Below, piece by piece: positions 26,455-41,244 of a stretch of 64,000 nucleotides of DNA; positions within the stretch are counted from its first letter, which is position 1; each line of letters begins with the position of its first letter. The notes beneath the pieces are model-generated. The model saw only the letters and a list, made by a program, of their open reading frames with translations. It was not told the DNA's origin and searched no databases. Location of the stretch: positions 26,536,001 to 26,600,000 of the forward strand of contig JAQFVV010000002.1 of assembly GCA_028023455.1 (NCBI GenBank). Direction: 5' to 3'. Position numbers and translations under genes: made by a program. The DNA is from Epiperipatus broadwayi. Taxonomy: Eukaryota; Animalia; Onychophora.

Positions 26455-26682
26455 ATAGAATATTATGAGTCTAGGTTTTGGGTATGGTACAACTTTTTTT
26501 GCTGCAACTGGATTTCATGGGTTGCATGTTATTATTGGAAGAAGATTTTTGTTAGTTTGTTTGTTTGATCATTTTTATTGCCCTTTTTCTAAAATTCATC
26601 ATTTTGGATTTGAAGTATCTGCTTGGTATTGTTGATGTTATTTGATTATTTTTGTTTATTTCGATTTATTGGTGGAGGTCAT
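26455..26682 (+). pseudogene. cox3: NUMT: cox3 3' fragment
   Basis: In the invertebrate mitochondrial code: [29 protein letters not shown]...[11 protein letters not shown] / [16 protein letters not shown] deletion removes WHF. Confidence 0.92.
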
Positions 26683-26683
26683 C

Positions 26684-27022
26684 ATGTTAGTGTTAATTAT
26701 TATGTTTTTTATAGTATTATTAATTGTAATACTGCTAATAAGAGTTCTATTAATTTTTTCAGAAAAGAAAGATAAAGATCGTGAAAAAAATTCACCTTTT
26801 GAGGGCGGATTTGATCCATTTAGGTCAAGGCGGTTGCCTTTTTCTTTATGGTTTTTTTTTTATTGCAACTATATTTTTGATATTGAAATTGTTTTAATTC
26901 TTCCATTTCCAATTTGAATGGAATTAATTGAGATTAGAAGATTATATTTAATTGGTCAATTATTTTTGTTTATTTTATTAATTGCTCTTATTCATGAATG
27001 AATTCTAGGGGCTTTAGATTAG
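26684..27022 (+). pseudogene. nad3: NUMT: nad3
   Basis: ...[24 protein letters not shown]...[12 protein letters not shown]...ALIHEW..GALD, with TGA=Trp and small indels. Confidence 0.92.
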
Positions 27023-29037
27023 ACTATTTTAAGTAAAAACAATTTTGTATTTATGTAAATTGAACTTATATTTTTTATTTTCAAAATAAATTTTTACATA
27101 AGATTAATAGTAATTCAATAATTTTTTTGGTAAAAAATTATTGAAAATGGAAAATGTAAAAAAATATAATATTGATAAAATTTGACCCAAAATAATATAT
27201 GGAGATTCAACTGGATTAACTCCAATTCATGTTAAGAGGATAATAATTCTAATGTATCTTCAGAAAAGAATTTGGGTTCATTTATTAAATGAAGATGATA
27301 AGCAACTCTTTGAAAGAATTGGAAGGAAAAATAAAATTATGATCGGTATTAAGAGAGCAATTTGAGAAAAATCATTAACTTCTTATTTTCATGTACAAAA
27401 TCTCGATTTATCCTCACAAAATGTGAGAATACACTGCAAAATCTCATTAAAATGGGAGAGGAGGACTATATAAAAAAAATTATATAAATTTACAAATTGT
27501 CTCTATTTCAAACCTAAGTCTTTTGAAATTAAAGTAATTTAATTTTCTATTATTTTCTGAGACAATTTGTGTGCATATGATTATTATATATATATATGTT
27601 GAATCTTGAAGCTGTTTTCCAGAGTTTCTTTCTTTGAATCAGAAAATCCACTATTGATTTAAAATGTGATTTGCTTGCACATTTATTTCCAGATTTGTGT
27701 ATGATTTATCCATCACTATTGTTACAGGTTGATTTTACTAACTTAATGCTATTATTTGGTCTTTATTAATAGATCGACATCTGGGCATCAAATTGACTTA
27801 ATTGTGAACACAACTTACACATTCTTTGGTACAGCAATCAGCAGTCTATAATATAATTTTCCATTTTTGGAAAGTCATTCATTTTCGTTAGGCATTACAT
27901 GATTGGAAAGCCATGGGTCGTTGGATGGATGATCATCTTGGAAAACAAAGCATTAACATGAATTACCATCATTGCAATGGAGAATATACTGAGAAGTCCT
28001 TTTCCATACTGGCAGTTTGTTTTCTTCTGTAAACTGAAAGATAAGTTTTTTCCTATTGATGCAGTCAGAGTTTACTGTTAAAACTAGTTGACAAACATTT
28101 ACAATTTCCTTTACTTGGCTGAGATCTTTCTGCAGCAAATGCTAGTTGACTGATTGCTTTCAAGTAAATACTGAATTTTTTTCGATCCCCAAAATCCATT
28201 AAAATTTCTTTGAACTGTCTTTTATAATTTTTCTATATCATCGCCCACCAAAAACCATGTTTTTCACAGTTCAGAAATTAATCAGTCCATTTTCTCATCT
28301 CTTTATCTTGATTTCTTAATTTCTTATGGTTTCCATTTTTTTGCCCAAACAATTTGGGTTTTAAATTCTTATTTTCACTATGATTAAACATCTTTAAACA
28401 TATATTCTTCATATATTACATTTTTTAACTAACCAAACTTATCACTATAAGATAAATCTGGATGTCTTCATGAAGATCAACCTCCTATTCATATGATGAA
28501 AGGTATATGTTTTCTCCCTAGTCTTTGTGAACACATACTACTAAATGCACATAATTTGTAATGTTTATACAAATATTAAATATGAAAATTGTTTCAATTC
28601 CCACCGATGAATAATTCTAAAAATCATTTACACTCTTTTGATGTTTTTGTAACATTTTATGTGGTCTAAATAATAAAATAAGAGTAATAGAAATTATTTC
28701 ACACCACAAATTTGTTCTTATACATATATATTTGAAACATATACTTTTCCATGTAAGAAATACATATTTATTTAAGTTCTCTTTTTTTAATCTTTTGAGA
28801 CTATGACATCATAACCCTTATTTTTAAGTTACTTTCCTAACTTATAGCTTGCCTTTGCAATATTTTATTTTTAAATTTGTACTGATCTGAATCACAAAGG
28901 TCATAATGTATATTACTTGAATATCAGTATAAATATGCATTATACATCGCACATAACAAATAGTAAATTCATAATAGAATTTTATAAAAATTCATCTCTC
29001 ATAAGGGGGAATAATTGATATCCACATTATAACATTC

Positions 29038-29450
29038 AAAATCTAATGATGGTATGTTCAAAGCCCTTGTTTGTATATTGTCATACCCATATTGACCATA
29101 AATCAATTTGATCTTTCATATGTAGGACCCCAAGCCCATTTAAATACACAGAAGAGGGACAGAATATAGGCTGATCCCCCCCCTCTTCTGTATATTTAAA
29201 TGGATCTAAGGTTCTATATTTGAGGTGTCAGGATGACTTATGGGCAACAAAATTGGTAAACAAGGGTTTTGATCACACCATCATCAGATTTTCAATGATA
29301 TGGATGGCTGAAAATTTAGAGAATGGAGAGAATTGATGCCTGTTCATTAAGGTTAGAAGAGTGCTATCTTAATATAAACCTATATATGTGTGGGAGATGA
29401 TGATCTAAACCAACTGATGACTGCTTGAAAGTCTGCTTCATATCCCCTCT
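29038..29450. mobile_element. Family B copy with inverted 5' duplication and internally deleted hammerhead
   Basis: Arms 29038-29160 and ~29180-29292. CTGATGA at 29414-29420 is followed by a jump to the family B 3' end (tgaaagtctg). Confidence 0.7.
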
Positions 29451-29728
29451 ACTTAAAATATATATATATATTGTAATTGTATTTAAATTATAATATTCAA
29501 TACAATAGAAAAATGGCAATATAAGGAATACTTATGTAATAATATCTGTTACCAATAAAATCTTTTAGATTTGTGATACACTCCTTTTAAACTTATTATG
29601 AGTCTTGAATTACTGCTATTTAACCAGATCAATCTTTCTCAACATATGTGCATTTCACAGGAAACATCTGTTTGTAACCGATCCAGAGATTTGAACCATT
29701 TAAACTTGTAAATAGAAAGGTCCTATAG

Positions 29729-32325
<2,597 letters not shown>

Positions 32326-32929
32326 ATCCTATAATATAGAAACAGACTCTTAATAATAATCATTAAATATGATTGAAACATAGAGAGTAATAGAAATTAT
32401 ATATTGATATAAATTTATAATAAACAATATTTGTGATGTATGTTATGTTTATTGGAAGTTTATTTATTCAGTCAAACGTTTTATTTTTATTACTCATTAT
32501 ACATTGTTTCTGCAACAATTAACAAGCTGATATATATATATATATTTTAACCCTGTGACTTATTTAATACTTCTATCAGCTATGACCACAATCTGAAGTT
32601 TGAATCTGGGTGAAAAATGTTTTCTGGAAGTTGTTATTGCACATATTATAAACAGAGGAAGAAATTATAAAAATCATTACTATTTGGCAGTTGGTTAGTT
32701 TGGTATTGTTTTATTTACGATTTCTTTATAGAGATTTACTAAAACTTTTGCCCTGAATTGGGCTATTGAACTTGCTTTATTTTTTCTTCTTTTAATTAAT
32801 ATATCTGTTTATCATTCACAATATCTTTGAGTCACTTAACTGTTGACTAGTCTAGTATTAGCTTCTCTTTCATAATTCCTTTATAGAATTTTATTTTCAG
32901 TTTTATTGAAAGTCATAAAATATTACAAA

Positions 32930-33420
32930 GTAAACCACCCTATCTGAATCAATTGCTAAACAATATCAAAGATAAAATATTCCAATCAAACACATCAGAT
33001 CATATATAAAATCAAGTGCACCAACACTGCTTGCAAATCTGTATATTATGGTGAATCTAGAGCAAACATTACCACTAGTCTCCCAACATAAATACTTAAA
33101 TATTCAAACTAAAAATAATCAGGAATATAAATCTGTTTTTTGGGAGCATGAGAAAACATTCGGCAACATCTTTGATCCAATAAACACTAAAATTGTTTGC
33201 ATAGAACAAGATGGCAGAAAATGGAAAAGGAAGCATGGTTTATTGCAGGTAGCAGTCATATCATTAATAAAAAAGTGAATTGCATTCAACTGTCAAACAA
33301 ATGGAATATTTAAATAACTAATTTAAATAATTAGTAGTTTGTCTATAAATACCGCAGCATATTTGCCCCATTATGAACACTATGAATCTGACTTCTATGG
33401 GCGAAAGTGTACTCAGCTAT
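32930..33420 (+). mobile_element. Penelope-like GIY-YIG relic plus pLTR with a family F hammerhead (33379-33417)
   Basis: Frameshifted IYKIKCTNTACKSVYYGES...QHKY...KSVFWEHEKTFG..FD...K.EAWFI, followed by act-ATGAATC-t-gact..gggc-GAAA-gtgtac-tc-agc. Confidence 0.75.
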
Positions 33421-33639
33421 TGTTAGTAAAATAAAGATAGAGAATAAACCTTTTCCTTAGCTGGCATTAGAAATGTTTTAGTCAACTAATTACAAACAAG
33501 ATAAGAAAAAGGATAACAATTTCAAATATTAAAATGTTTCAGTATTTGACATTATAAAATGAGATCAATAATTTTTTCAGCTGTAAAGGATGATGTAATA
33601 GTATAATATATAGTGAAGATAGCTCATCCTCGATCACCA

Positions 33640-34130
33640 TCATAGACATGACCCCCTACAGATATAAGAACCATTGAAGATGATGAATTCCCTCCCCTAC
33701 AAGGAATACAACCCAACAAATCTATTAAATGCAAAGAATCGTAGGAAATTAAGATCAGAACTTGAAGGAGGTCATTTTCATATTGGGAGAAGATCATTAG
33801 AAAATTTATCACCAGACCTAACTGAATCAGACAACTCGGACCCCATTGATCATGCAGAAAAGAAAAGGAGGATATCCCAATCTAGTAAAGATATAATACC
33901 AAAAGCAAACAATGGTCAAACCAACCCAAAGCCTATAGCATCTACAAATAAGTCCATGAAATCTAAAATGGAACTCCACTCACCACAGTCCCCCTTAAGA
34001 TGATAAAAATATCTATTAAAGATATTATTTCAAAGGACTTAGACCAACATTACCAAAAAGATTCTCTGATGGAACTGCGCAACTTTCCCTTTTGCTTTGT
34101 TAAAAAACTTTCACCTACTTATTACCCAAA
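33640..34130 (+). pseudogene. Possible LINE ORF1 C-terminal relic
   Basis: AC-rich low-complexity coding (IEDDEFPPLQG...DNSDPIDHAEKKRRISQ) with a composition like ORF1 of the intact LINE. No diagnostic domain. Confidence 0.3.
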
Positions 34131-34960
34131 AATGTAGACCTTAGATACAATAAAGATTTTTTATCTTTTATAAAAATAAAAAAAAAAACCTGTCCAAATC
34201 TAAATATACATTTATGATTTTCATAAATCTTTAATTGCATTTGTTTTACATTTTAATCACATAGTTTCTTCTCACTATTTGATAAATTGTATCTTATTAT
34301 AGCTCAAGCATTGTCATATGTGCGACCATAATTATGTGTATGAATAGACTTTTGCCCTGAATTGGGCTACTTAAGTCTTCTTCTTTTTTTTTCAAAAAAA
34401 AAAAACTAATATATATTTTTTTCACTGTAACTTCGAGCCTTACTTGTTAAATGTAATGTTAATTTTGTAATAAGATTAATCCAACTATATTTAAACTATG
34501 CTTGACTAGATATTATATGAAGTTGAATTTATTTGTTTTCAATAATACATAGAATATGTGGCAGCAGAAATTAGAATCATCTCTTTATAGAGTATACATT
34601 TTTAGTATAGTGGACTCGTTAAATATGCGCATATAAAAGTATAGTTGTATATATGTAATTGGTTTAAAGAAAATTCATTTATTATATAAAATCTAAAAAG
34701 TTAATTTATTTTATTATATTCAAACCATAATTAAAAACTTTATGCAAAGTGCCTTAACTATTTTAAACAAAATTGATTTATTTTTATTTTCTACCCACAT
34801 AGTTTTTCTTCATAAATTATTCATTTTTTCGTTTTCACTCTTTCTGTGAATAAAATAATGAAAAATTGGAGTGGGGTGGTTACTATGTTTTAATATTCTA
34901 ATTAGATTAAAATCTAAATATTTTTGTTTATCATTTATAGATTGTTGATAGCTTAAGTTT

Positions 34961-35056
34961 TTTTTTTAAGTCTCATAGCATCTGCCGGGACGCGAACCCG
35001 CAACCCGGGCAACTGCCTGCAAAGCAGTCGTGCTGACCTCTTGACCACCAATGCAA
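34961..35056 (-). mobile_element. tRNA-Gly-derived SINE, second subfamily
   Basis: Minus strand gcattggtggtcaagaggtcagc...gggttcgcgtcccggcagatgc plus A tail. 14-bp TSD gatagcttaagttt at 34947-34960 and 35057-35070. Confidence 0.8.
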
Positions 35057-35579
35057 GATAGCTTAAGTTTGTTGATTGTTATCAGTTATTCTCTTGTAAG
35101 CAGTGCAGTGTTCATTTCATAATTACTTGCTAAATATCTACAGTATATTTTATTTAAATAAATTTATCTATTTAGATATAATTAAATGATTAATTGCTCA
35201 GGAGATCATGTGGCATTTGAGTATCTTAAGTAACAGATTAGGAACTTTAATTCTCAAGTTCATCAATAACATTGAGCTAAGCTGCACAGGGCTATTTGTT
35301 ATTATTTATATTTTATTCTTGACCCTTGCTAAACATAGAGAATGTTAATAAATCCACCACTTCCTTTATTTTGCTGTAATCTTTTATGTAAATGCAATTT
35401 GTTCACCTTACTTGAACACTTTTTAGCCAAAATATACATACAATCTAAATAGGAGTGGCTCTGAGGAAGACTGCAGGACAGTTGAAATTAAGATTATGTG
35501 TACATATATAAAAACTTTTTTTGCTAAAAAGTGTTTAAAGTAATGTGGACAGATTTCCTAAGAATGTTGTTTATTTGTA

Positions 35580-36975
35580 GCCTGAGATAGAATGTTACTT
35601 GTGAGTTTTCAGGAATACCAAAATGGCAACCTGTACTTCAATAACAATCTTCAGATATTTACAAAATTAATGTTAAATTTTTTAAAAAGGACTAAATTCT
35701 GATAAATTTTATTAACAATATTTATTTCAATTTTGTTCTTTATTCACCCCCCCCTCCAATAAACATTTACAAAATGAGTGGAGGACCTATAATCTCCCAA
35801 ACCTGTGTTTGTTTTGTTAAATTAAAAAATAAAGTAATAAATTCTTATAAATTTAATTGACAATCTTTATTTCAAATTTTTTTTATTTACTTCCCAAAGA
35901 TGGTTTATTTACATTTACAATAAAATCAGTGGAGGGCTTACAATCTCCCAAAGATGTCTTATTTACATTAACAAAAAATGAACCATATATATATGAATAC
36001 TATATTTACAGTTTATTCATGTCTTCAATCTCCTGATGATGTCTTAATTATATTTACAGAAAATGAACCCCCAAAAAATATAAATACAATATTTACTGTC
36101 TATTCATGTCGATGACGTGTAATCTGTAACGGCTTTCAAAATCTGAGGGTATACAATCTCCTGAAGATCTTACTTGTTAAATTAAAATAATAATAATGAA
36201 AAATTTTATTAAAAGTAATAAATTCCAATAAATTTCATATAAATTCGAATAAATTTCATGAAGAATATTTATTTTAATTTTTTTTGCTTATAATGTGGAA
36301 GTGACGAGATGCTCTTAACGTTGTTGCAGCTTTCAGCTCTGCATGTTTCTTTTTGGCCAATGTTTTTTTTTTTTTTGTAAATTTTGATAATGTTCAAAAT
36401 TTGGGACCTTCCTGTTACAGAACAGGATGCAGTGGGATATTTCCATTTGCAATAATGGTCATGATATGAAAATAAAAATATCGGCGAACTGCGCAACAAC
36501 ACCTGGATTCCTATTTGGCAGATTTTATGTGGCTTCGACTGCAACAACAACAAGATTTATTTATGGAGATTTTGGAAGCTATGAGGAATTGCATGTTGCT
36601 GCTATGAATAAACTGTAATTATTGTATTTATATATATATTTTGGTTCATTTTTTGTAAATGTAACTAACCCATCTTCGGGAAGTAAATAAAAAAAATTAA
36701 AATAAAGATCGATAATTAAATTTATAGGAATTTATTACTTTTTTAAAAATTTAACATTAATTTTATAAACGTCAGAAGATTGAAACAAATATTGGCAATT
36801 AAATTTATCAGAATTTATTTCTTTTTTAAAAATTTAACATTAATTTTGTAAAAATTGTTAATGAAATATTGGTTGCCATCTTGGTAAGCCTTTGAAACTG
36901 TATATTTATCTAAAATATAGGCTACCATCTTCGTATTCTTGAAAGCTCGCAAGTACTCAAAATATTCTCACCAAA
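35580..36975 (+). mobile_element. Merlin (ISXO2/IS1016-like) non-autonomous element with ~350-400-bp imperfect TIRs
   Basis: Several segments of 35580-35960 pair with 36620-36975. The centre encodes KYRRTAQQHLDSYLADFMWLRLQQQQDLFMEILEAM (~36480-36585), matching the Merlin C-terminus HLDSYLxEFMWR...DxFxxIL. Confidence 0.6.
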
Positions 36976-37211
36976 AACCCTAGGCCAGAAGAAAGAGTTG
37001 TATACTATATAAGTACAAAATTTATATAATATTTGATCATAAACATAATTTCTAAAATTGAACAGATCAAAGAGAAGAACCAGTTGTTAGTTTTTCCTTT
37101 TTTTAATACTGTATATTATAAAATTTTGAAAATTGAAATTATAAAATATTGCATAAATTTCAAAATAAGAGTCATTGATCACATGACCCTATACTCTTAA
37201 GCTTGTTAGTT

Positions 37212-37523
37212 ATAAGGAATGAGGATTGCCAATTCCTCAACAAGCTTTGTGATAAATGCTAAGCTAGAGAAAGCATTTAAAATATCCCTGTCAAGATCCC
37301 CCCCCCCCCCAACCTCTGATCATGGTTTTGTGCTCTGGCACTCCTCAGAGAGGTTCTAGGGTGTTCTAACCTACTCTATAGCCTCTCTGAGGAGTGCCAG
37401 AGCACAAAAACATGGTCAGAGGTTTTGGGGTGTGTGTGTCTTGACAGAGATATTTTAAATGCTCTCTCTAGCTTAGCATTTATCACAAAGCTTGTTGAGG
37501 AATTGGAAATCCTCATTGTTTAT
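37212..37523. repeat. Fold-back with two family E hammerheads (37311-37355 minus, 37380-37424 plus)
   Basis: aacctct-CTGAGGA-gtgc-caga-gcac-AAAA-(c/a)catg(a/g)-TC-agaggtt; the consensus implies GAAAC-CAUG-GUC. Flank 37150-37225 is homologous to 6535-6605. Confidence 0.85.
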
Positions 37524-39281
37524 TGCATAAATTTATTTCACACATTCATCTTTTTTGACACATTTTATTTATTGCATTAATTCCACTTTCCACAATCTGA
37601 TGCTATTTATGACTTTCTTCTCACTCTCCACATTCATTGTTTGGATGTCATTAAATCCATACATAACTTGAATTTAAACAAATTTATAAATTTTTTTTTT
37701 AAAAAAAAAATGTGATTGCTTATGGTGTTTAGAGATGGAAAATGGCTAGTTGCGTATCCTAAAATGTATTAGATGTATGCATTTTTTTGTTGATTTATTT
37801 ACATTTTTGTTTACTTTTTACATATTTTTTGAATTGTGTATAATTGAAGTCATGTATATTGATACAGCATACTTTACAACTTTTCTTTATTTAATTAAAA
37901 TAACATTGTAATTAGAATGATTAAACAACTTCCTTTGTTTTCTACAAATCAAAATTAATTTGATTTCTAATTCTATCAATTAAAAGAAAGCAAAATAGTA
38001 AAAGAAATACACTTTTTTAGCTTCTTTAAAAAACAATTTAAATGTAAATTCAATTTATTTATTATAAGATTAAAAGGAATTAGATTTTATTTATTAAATA
38101 AATGTTTATAAAATCTCAGCTTTATACTCGTAATCACACACTACTCTTATAAATATTTTGTGTTAATGATTCTTTTAATTTATGATTATGCTTGTATATA
38201 ACTGAATAAATCAGTCTCTTAACCTCTGCATGAACTATTCTACTCATTGCTATGCCTATAGACAATCTTATATTTTCTGAAATAACCATTTCAATATATA
38301 TTTCACTATGATCAATTATATGGAAATTTTGATTCTTATAATAATATTTGTAAAGATTATTGCATATAATTTATATATTGGAATGAATCATCCATTATTG
38401 CCAGAAAAGGAACTATTTATTTATTAAATACTATTATTACAGATCCAAAGAGAAGACAAATATATTAAACATATTACATTAAAAATAACTTAAATAATTG
38501 TATGGCTCTTTACAAAACTTCAATAAATTTAATTAACAACTGGTTAATTGGAAATGAATGGAAAATTATGTAAGACAATATATATATAAAGTTGTATAAT
38601 ATATGTATTATTTGTTTGTGCATTGTTATGTTATGTAGTTACTTTTTTGAAGTTGTATTGGATCTCTATATGAAGGTTTTATTCTATTTTACTGATGTTT
38701 TATTTTGTTACTGTTATTTTACTTCCATTATGTAACTTTAGATGGTGCTATATATGCAATTATTGGTTATAGAGAAGAATATGAGAAAACTAGGGTGGGG
38801 AATGGAAAGGGAAGTCAAAGTGGGTAACAGGTTTCTCTGGGCATGGTTGCTGAGAGATTCCTAACTCCGTATAAGGAGAAGTCACAGTGCATCACATCAT
38901 ATCACAACATCACATAATGTTAAAATACATTATTATTTGAAAAGGGCACTAAACAATGTGCCAAATAAGGCTTTTTATATACGATCAATATATATTTATA
39001 TTAGCTTTTATATATGATTTTTATTATTTATTATAATTTATTAAATAATTATATCAAATAATATTTCTAAAAGAATACTGCAATTTTATTCTGATACATT
39101 TTCCTCCCATGTTTCAAATAAAGATCAAATTTAGAAGAAAAACAAATTATTTATATGGTGACATGTATGCATATAGTGCATACTATTTTTTTACTTTGTT
39201 TACTAAAAGACAATTGAAATAAAATCCTTGTTTTTACTTCACCTTTGAGTGGTAAATTTTAAATTGCATTTTACGCAAAAA

Positions 39282-39608
39282 AGTGAAGCTTAGTATTATT
39301 AGAAAAGAATTATAGGGCTTAGCGTTTTGGAGCACTTAGGTCTCCATATTCATAGCCTGTCTTGGGAGTGTCGGCTTTATTGCAAATGACAACCATGCAA
39401 TAAACTGAAAAGAATCGTGCTTTGCAATCTCCAAAAAATGGTCTTTATAGAAGAAAACTTTGAATAAATTTTGCATAAATAACTGCTAAGCTTCGCTTAA
39501 AATCTCAATGTAAGACGACACTCCCAAGAGAGGCTATGAATATGGAGACCTAAGTTCTCCGAAAGCGCTAAGCCTTATAATTCTTTTCTAATAATACTAA
39601 GCTTCACT
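39282..39608. repeat. Fold-back with two family F hammerheads (39316-39358 minus, 39531-39575 plus)
   Basis: aggct-ATGAATA-t-ggag-acctaagtt-ctcc-GAAA-gcgc-TA-agcct. Arms are ~100 bp. Confidence 0.85.
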
Positions 39609-40317
39609 AACTTAAAAGACAAATTGTTTTATTTAGTTTCATTTAGATATTTGATTACAGAAAAAGATGAGAATTTTAAAATATTTTTATTAGAAGACAA
39701 GGTTTTTGTAATAGTGATTACAATTACAACGAAGCTGCAATCTATGCTATATCAATATATATATATGACTTCAATTATATGATATAATTCCCCTCCCCCC
39801 TCAAATAATAATAAACAAAAATGTAAATAAACAAAAAAGAACTTCTTAAAATTTGTAAATTCAATACATTTTATGTTATGCGAGTAGCCATTTTTCTATC
39901 TCTGAGCACCATACACAATCGTGTTAAAAAAAATTATAAATGAATTTTTCAATACACTAGCAGCCATTTTCCCTCTCAGAGCACTGTAGATGATTATGTT
40001 TATTAATAAAATTTCTTGAGTTTGTGTTAAAAGCATATATTATATTCTTCCTTTATTATTTTTTCTGAATTTGATGTGAAGTATTTCATGTAACAAAATG
40101 TTTTCTAAGTTTAATGCTAAAAATTTTACAAAATTTAAAACTGTCTTAAAAACATCAAAACAGTTAGAGAGATAGTAAATTTTTGATCCTTTTTCCTCTC
40201 CAAAAAAATTGATTCTCTGATTCTAACAACATGCTTCTATTTTATATAAATTTAAATATCCTCTGTTATACATATACACACTTGCACATCATTTCCACTA
40301 TCTTATCATATTCTCCA

Positions 40318-40363
40318 GCTATGAATATGAGAGCAATAAAATAAGTTTTCGAAAGCACTTAGC
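40318..40363 (+). ncRNA. Family F (A3-U8) hammerhead-like motif
   Basis: gct-ATGAATA-t-gagagc-aataaaataa-gttttc-GAAA-gcac-TT-agc. Same core as 39531 with a different stem II. Confidence 0.65.
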
Positions 40364-40539
40364 CTTAGTTTTGTTTTTTGAATTCATAAACTTCTCAGAT
40401 GCATTTTAGTGCACCATTTATGATTTATTACATTGTACATAATTCTACTTAATATTAATTAAATTATCTTTCTTTTATACTTGATTAAAAATTAAGTATT
40501 AAAAGGGGATTATTTATTTAATATTATTCTTAATTATTG

Positions 40540-40940
40540 TATGTGCATAAATATTATATTCATATGTCAACCTGACTTGCACAGCACAAATACTTATATA
40601 GGCACACTAAAAACAATCTGGAATATAAGTATTTTTTGGGACCACAATAAACAATTTGATTATAGCTTTGCCTCACAGTCAGTCAATCTAGTGTGTATGG
40701 ACAATGATGACAGAAAAAGAAAGGTTGAGACGTGGTTTATTGCCAAGCATAGAAATGTAATGAAGAAAAGAGAAAACAGCGTACAATTATTTAACAAATG
40801 GAATATTTAAATGGACTAATTTAAATTAAAATAAGTAAATAAAAATTCCTGCATATTTACAGTATAAAGAAAACAGCAACAATAATTAATTTATGAGTTA
40901 TGTTATGGTGGACTTCACTGAAAGTGCACTTAGCATTAGA
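40540..40940 (+). mobile_element. Penelope-like GIY-YIG relic plus decayed family F hammerhead (40896-40936)
   Basis: ORF ...TYIG...SIFWDH...FD...DRKRKVETWFIAKH...NKWNI is homologous to 32930-33300. It is followed by ggtg-gactt-cact-GAAA-gtgcac-tt-agcat. Confidence 0.75.
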
Positions 40941-41077
40941 TTATAAAGAAGAAACACTTCATTACACAGATGGAAAAACATTTGCAAATTTGAATTACAA
41001 ATATAATGTATATATATTTAAAATCATAAATTTATGGATTAAATAAATGCACAAGTTATGAATTTAAAAAACCAAAC

Positions 41078-41244
41078 AATTATTATTCATCATCTTTGTT
41101 CTTTATTACTTTTGCAATGTTTTTTTTATAACTTAATAAGACAGTTTCGATTGTCCCAGAAATCTTCTTCAGAACTTCTACTGTCATATTAGGTTGTAAA
41201 AAAAGCATTGTAAAAGTAATAAAGAACATAGATGATATTAATAT
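41078..41244. repeat. Fold-back with a family D hammerhead (41135-41177 minus)
   Basis: Minus strand gtt-CTGAAGA-a-gattt-ctggga-caatc-GAAAC-T-GTC. Arms are homologous to 11065-11203. Confidence 0.7.

Noticed and set aside
26455-27022. Assigning a specific host taxon, or coding palindromes inside the NUMT
   Set aside because: Only 5-10 bp imperfect hairpins are present. The taxon cannot be fixed without a database search.
27130-28400. Coding-like stretches on both strands as a transposase
   Set aside because: No recognisable motif in the frames I read.
34961-35056. Novel long-variable-arm tRNA (nev-tRNA-like) with a reassigned anticodon
   Set aside because: The extra bases look like a local GGGTT duplication. 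The anticodon differs between the two copies (TGC vs TAC), and poly(A) plus TSD indicate a SINE.
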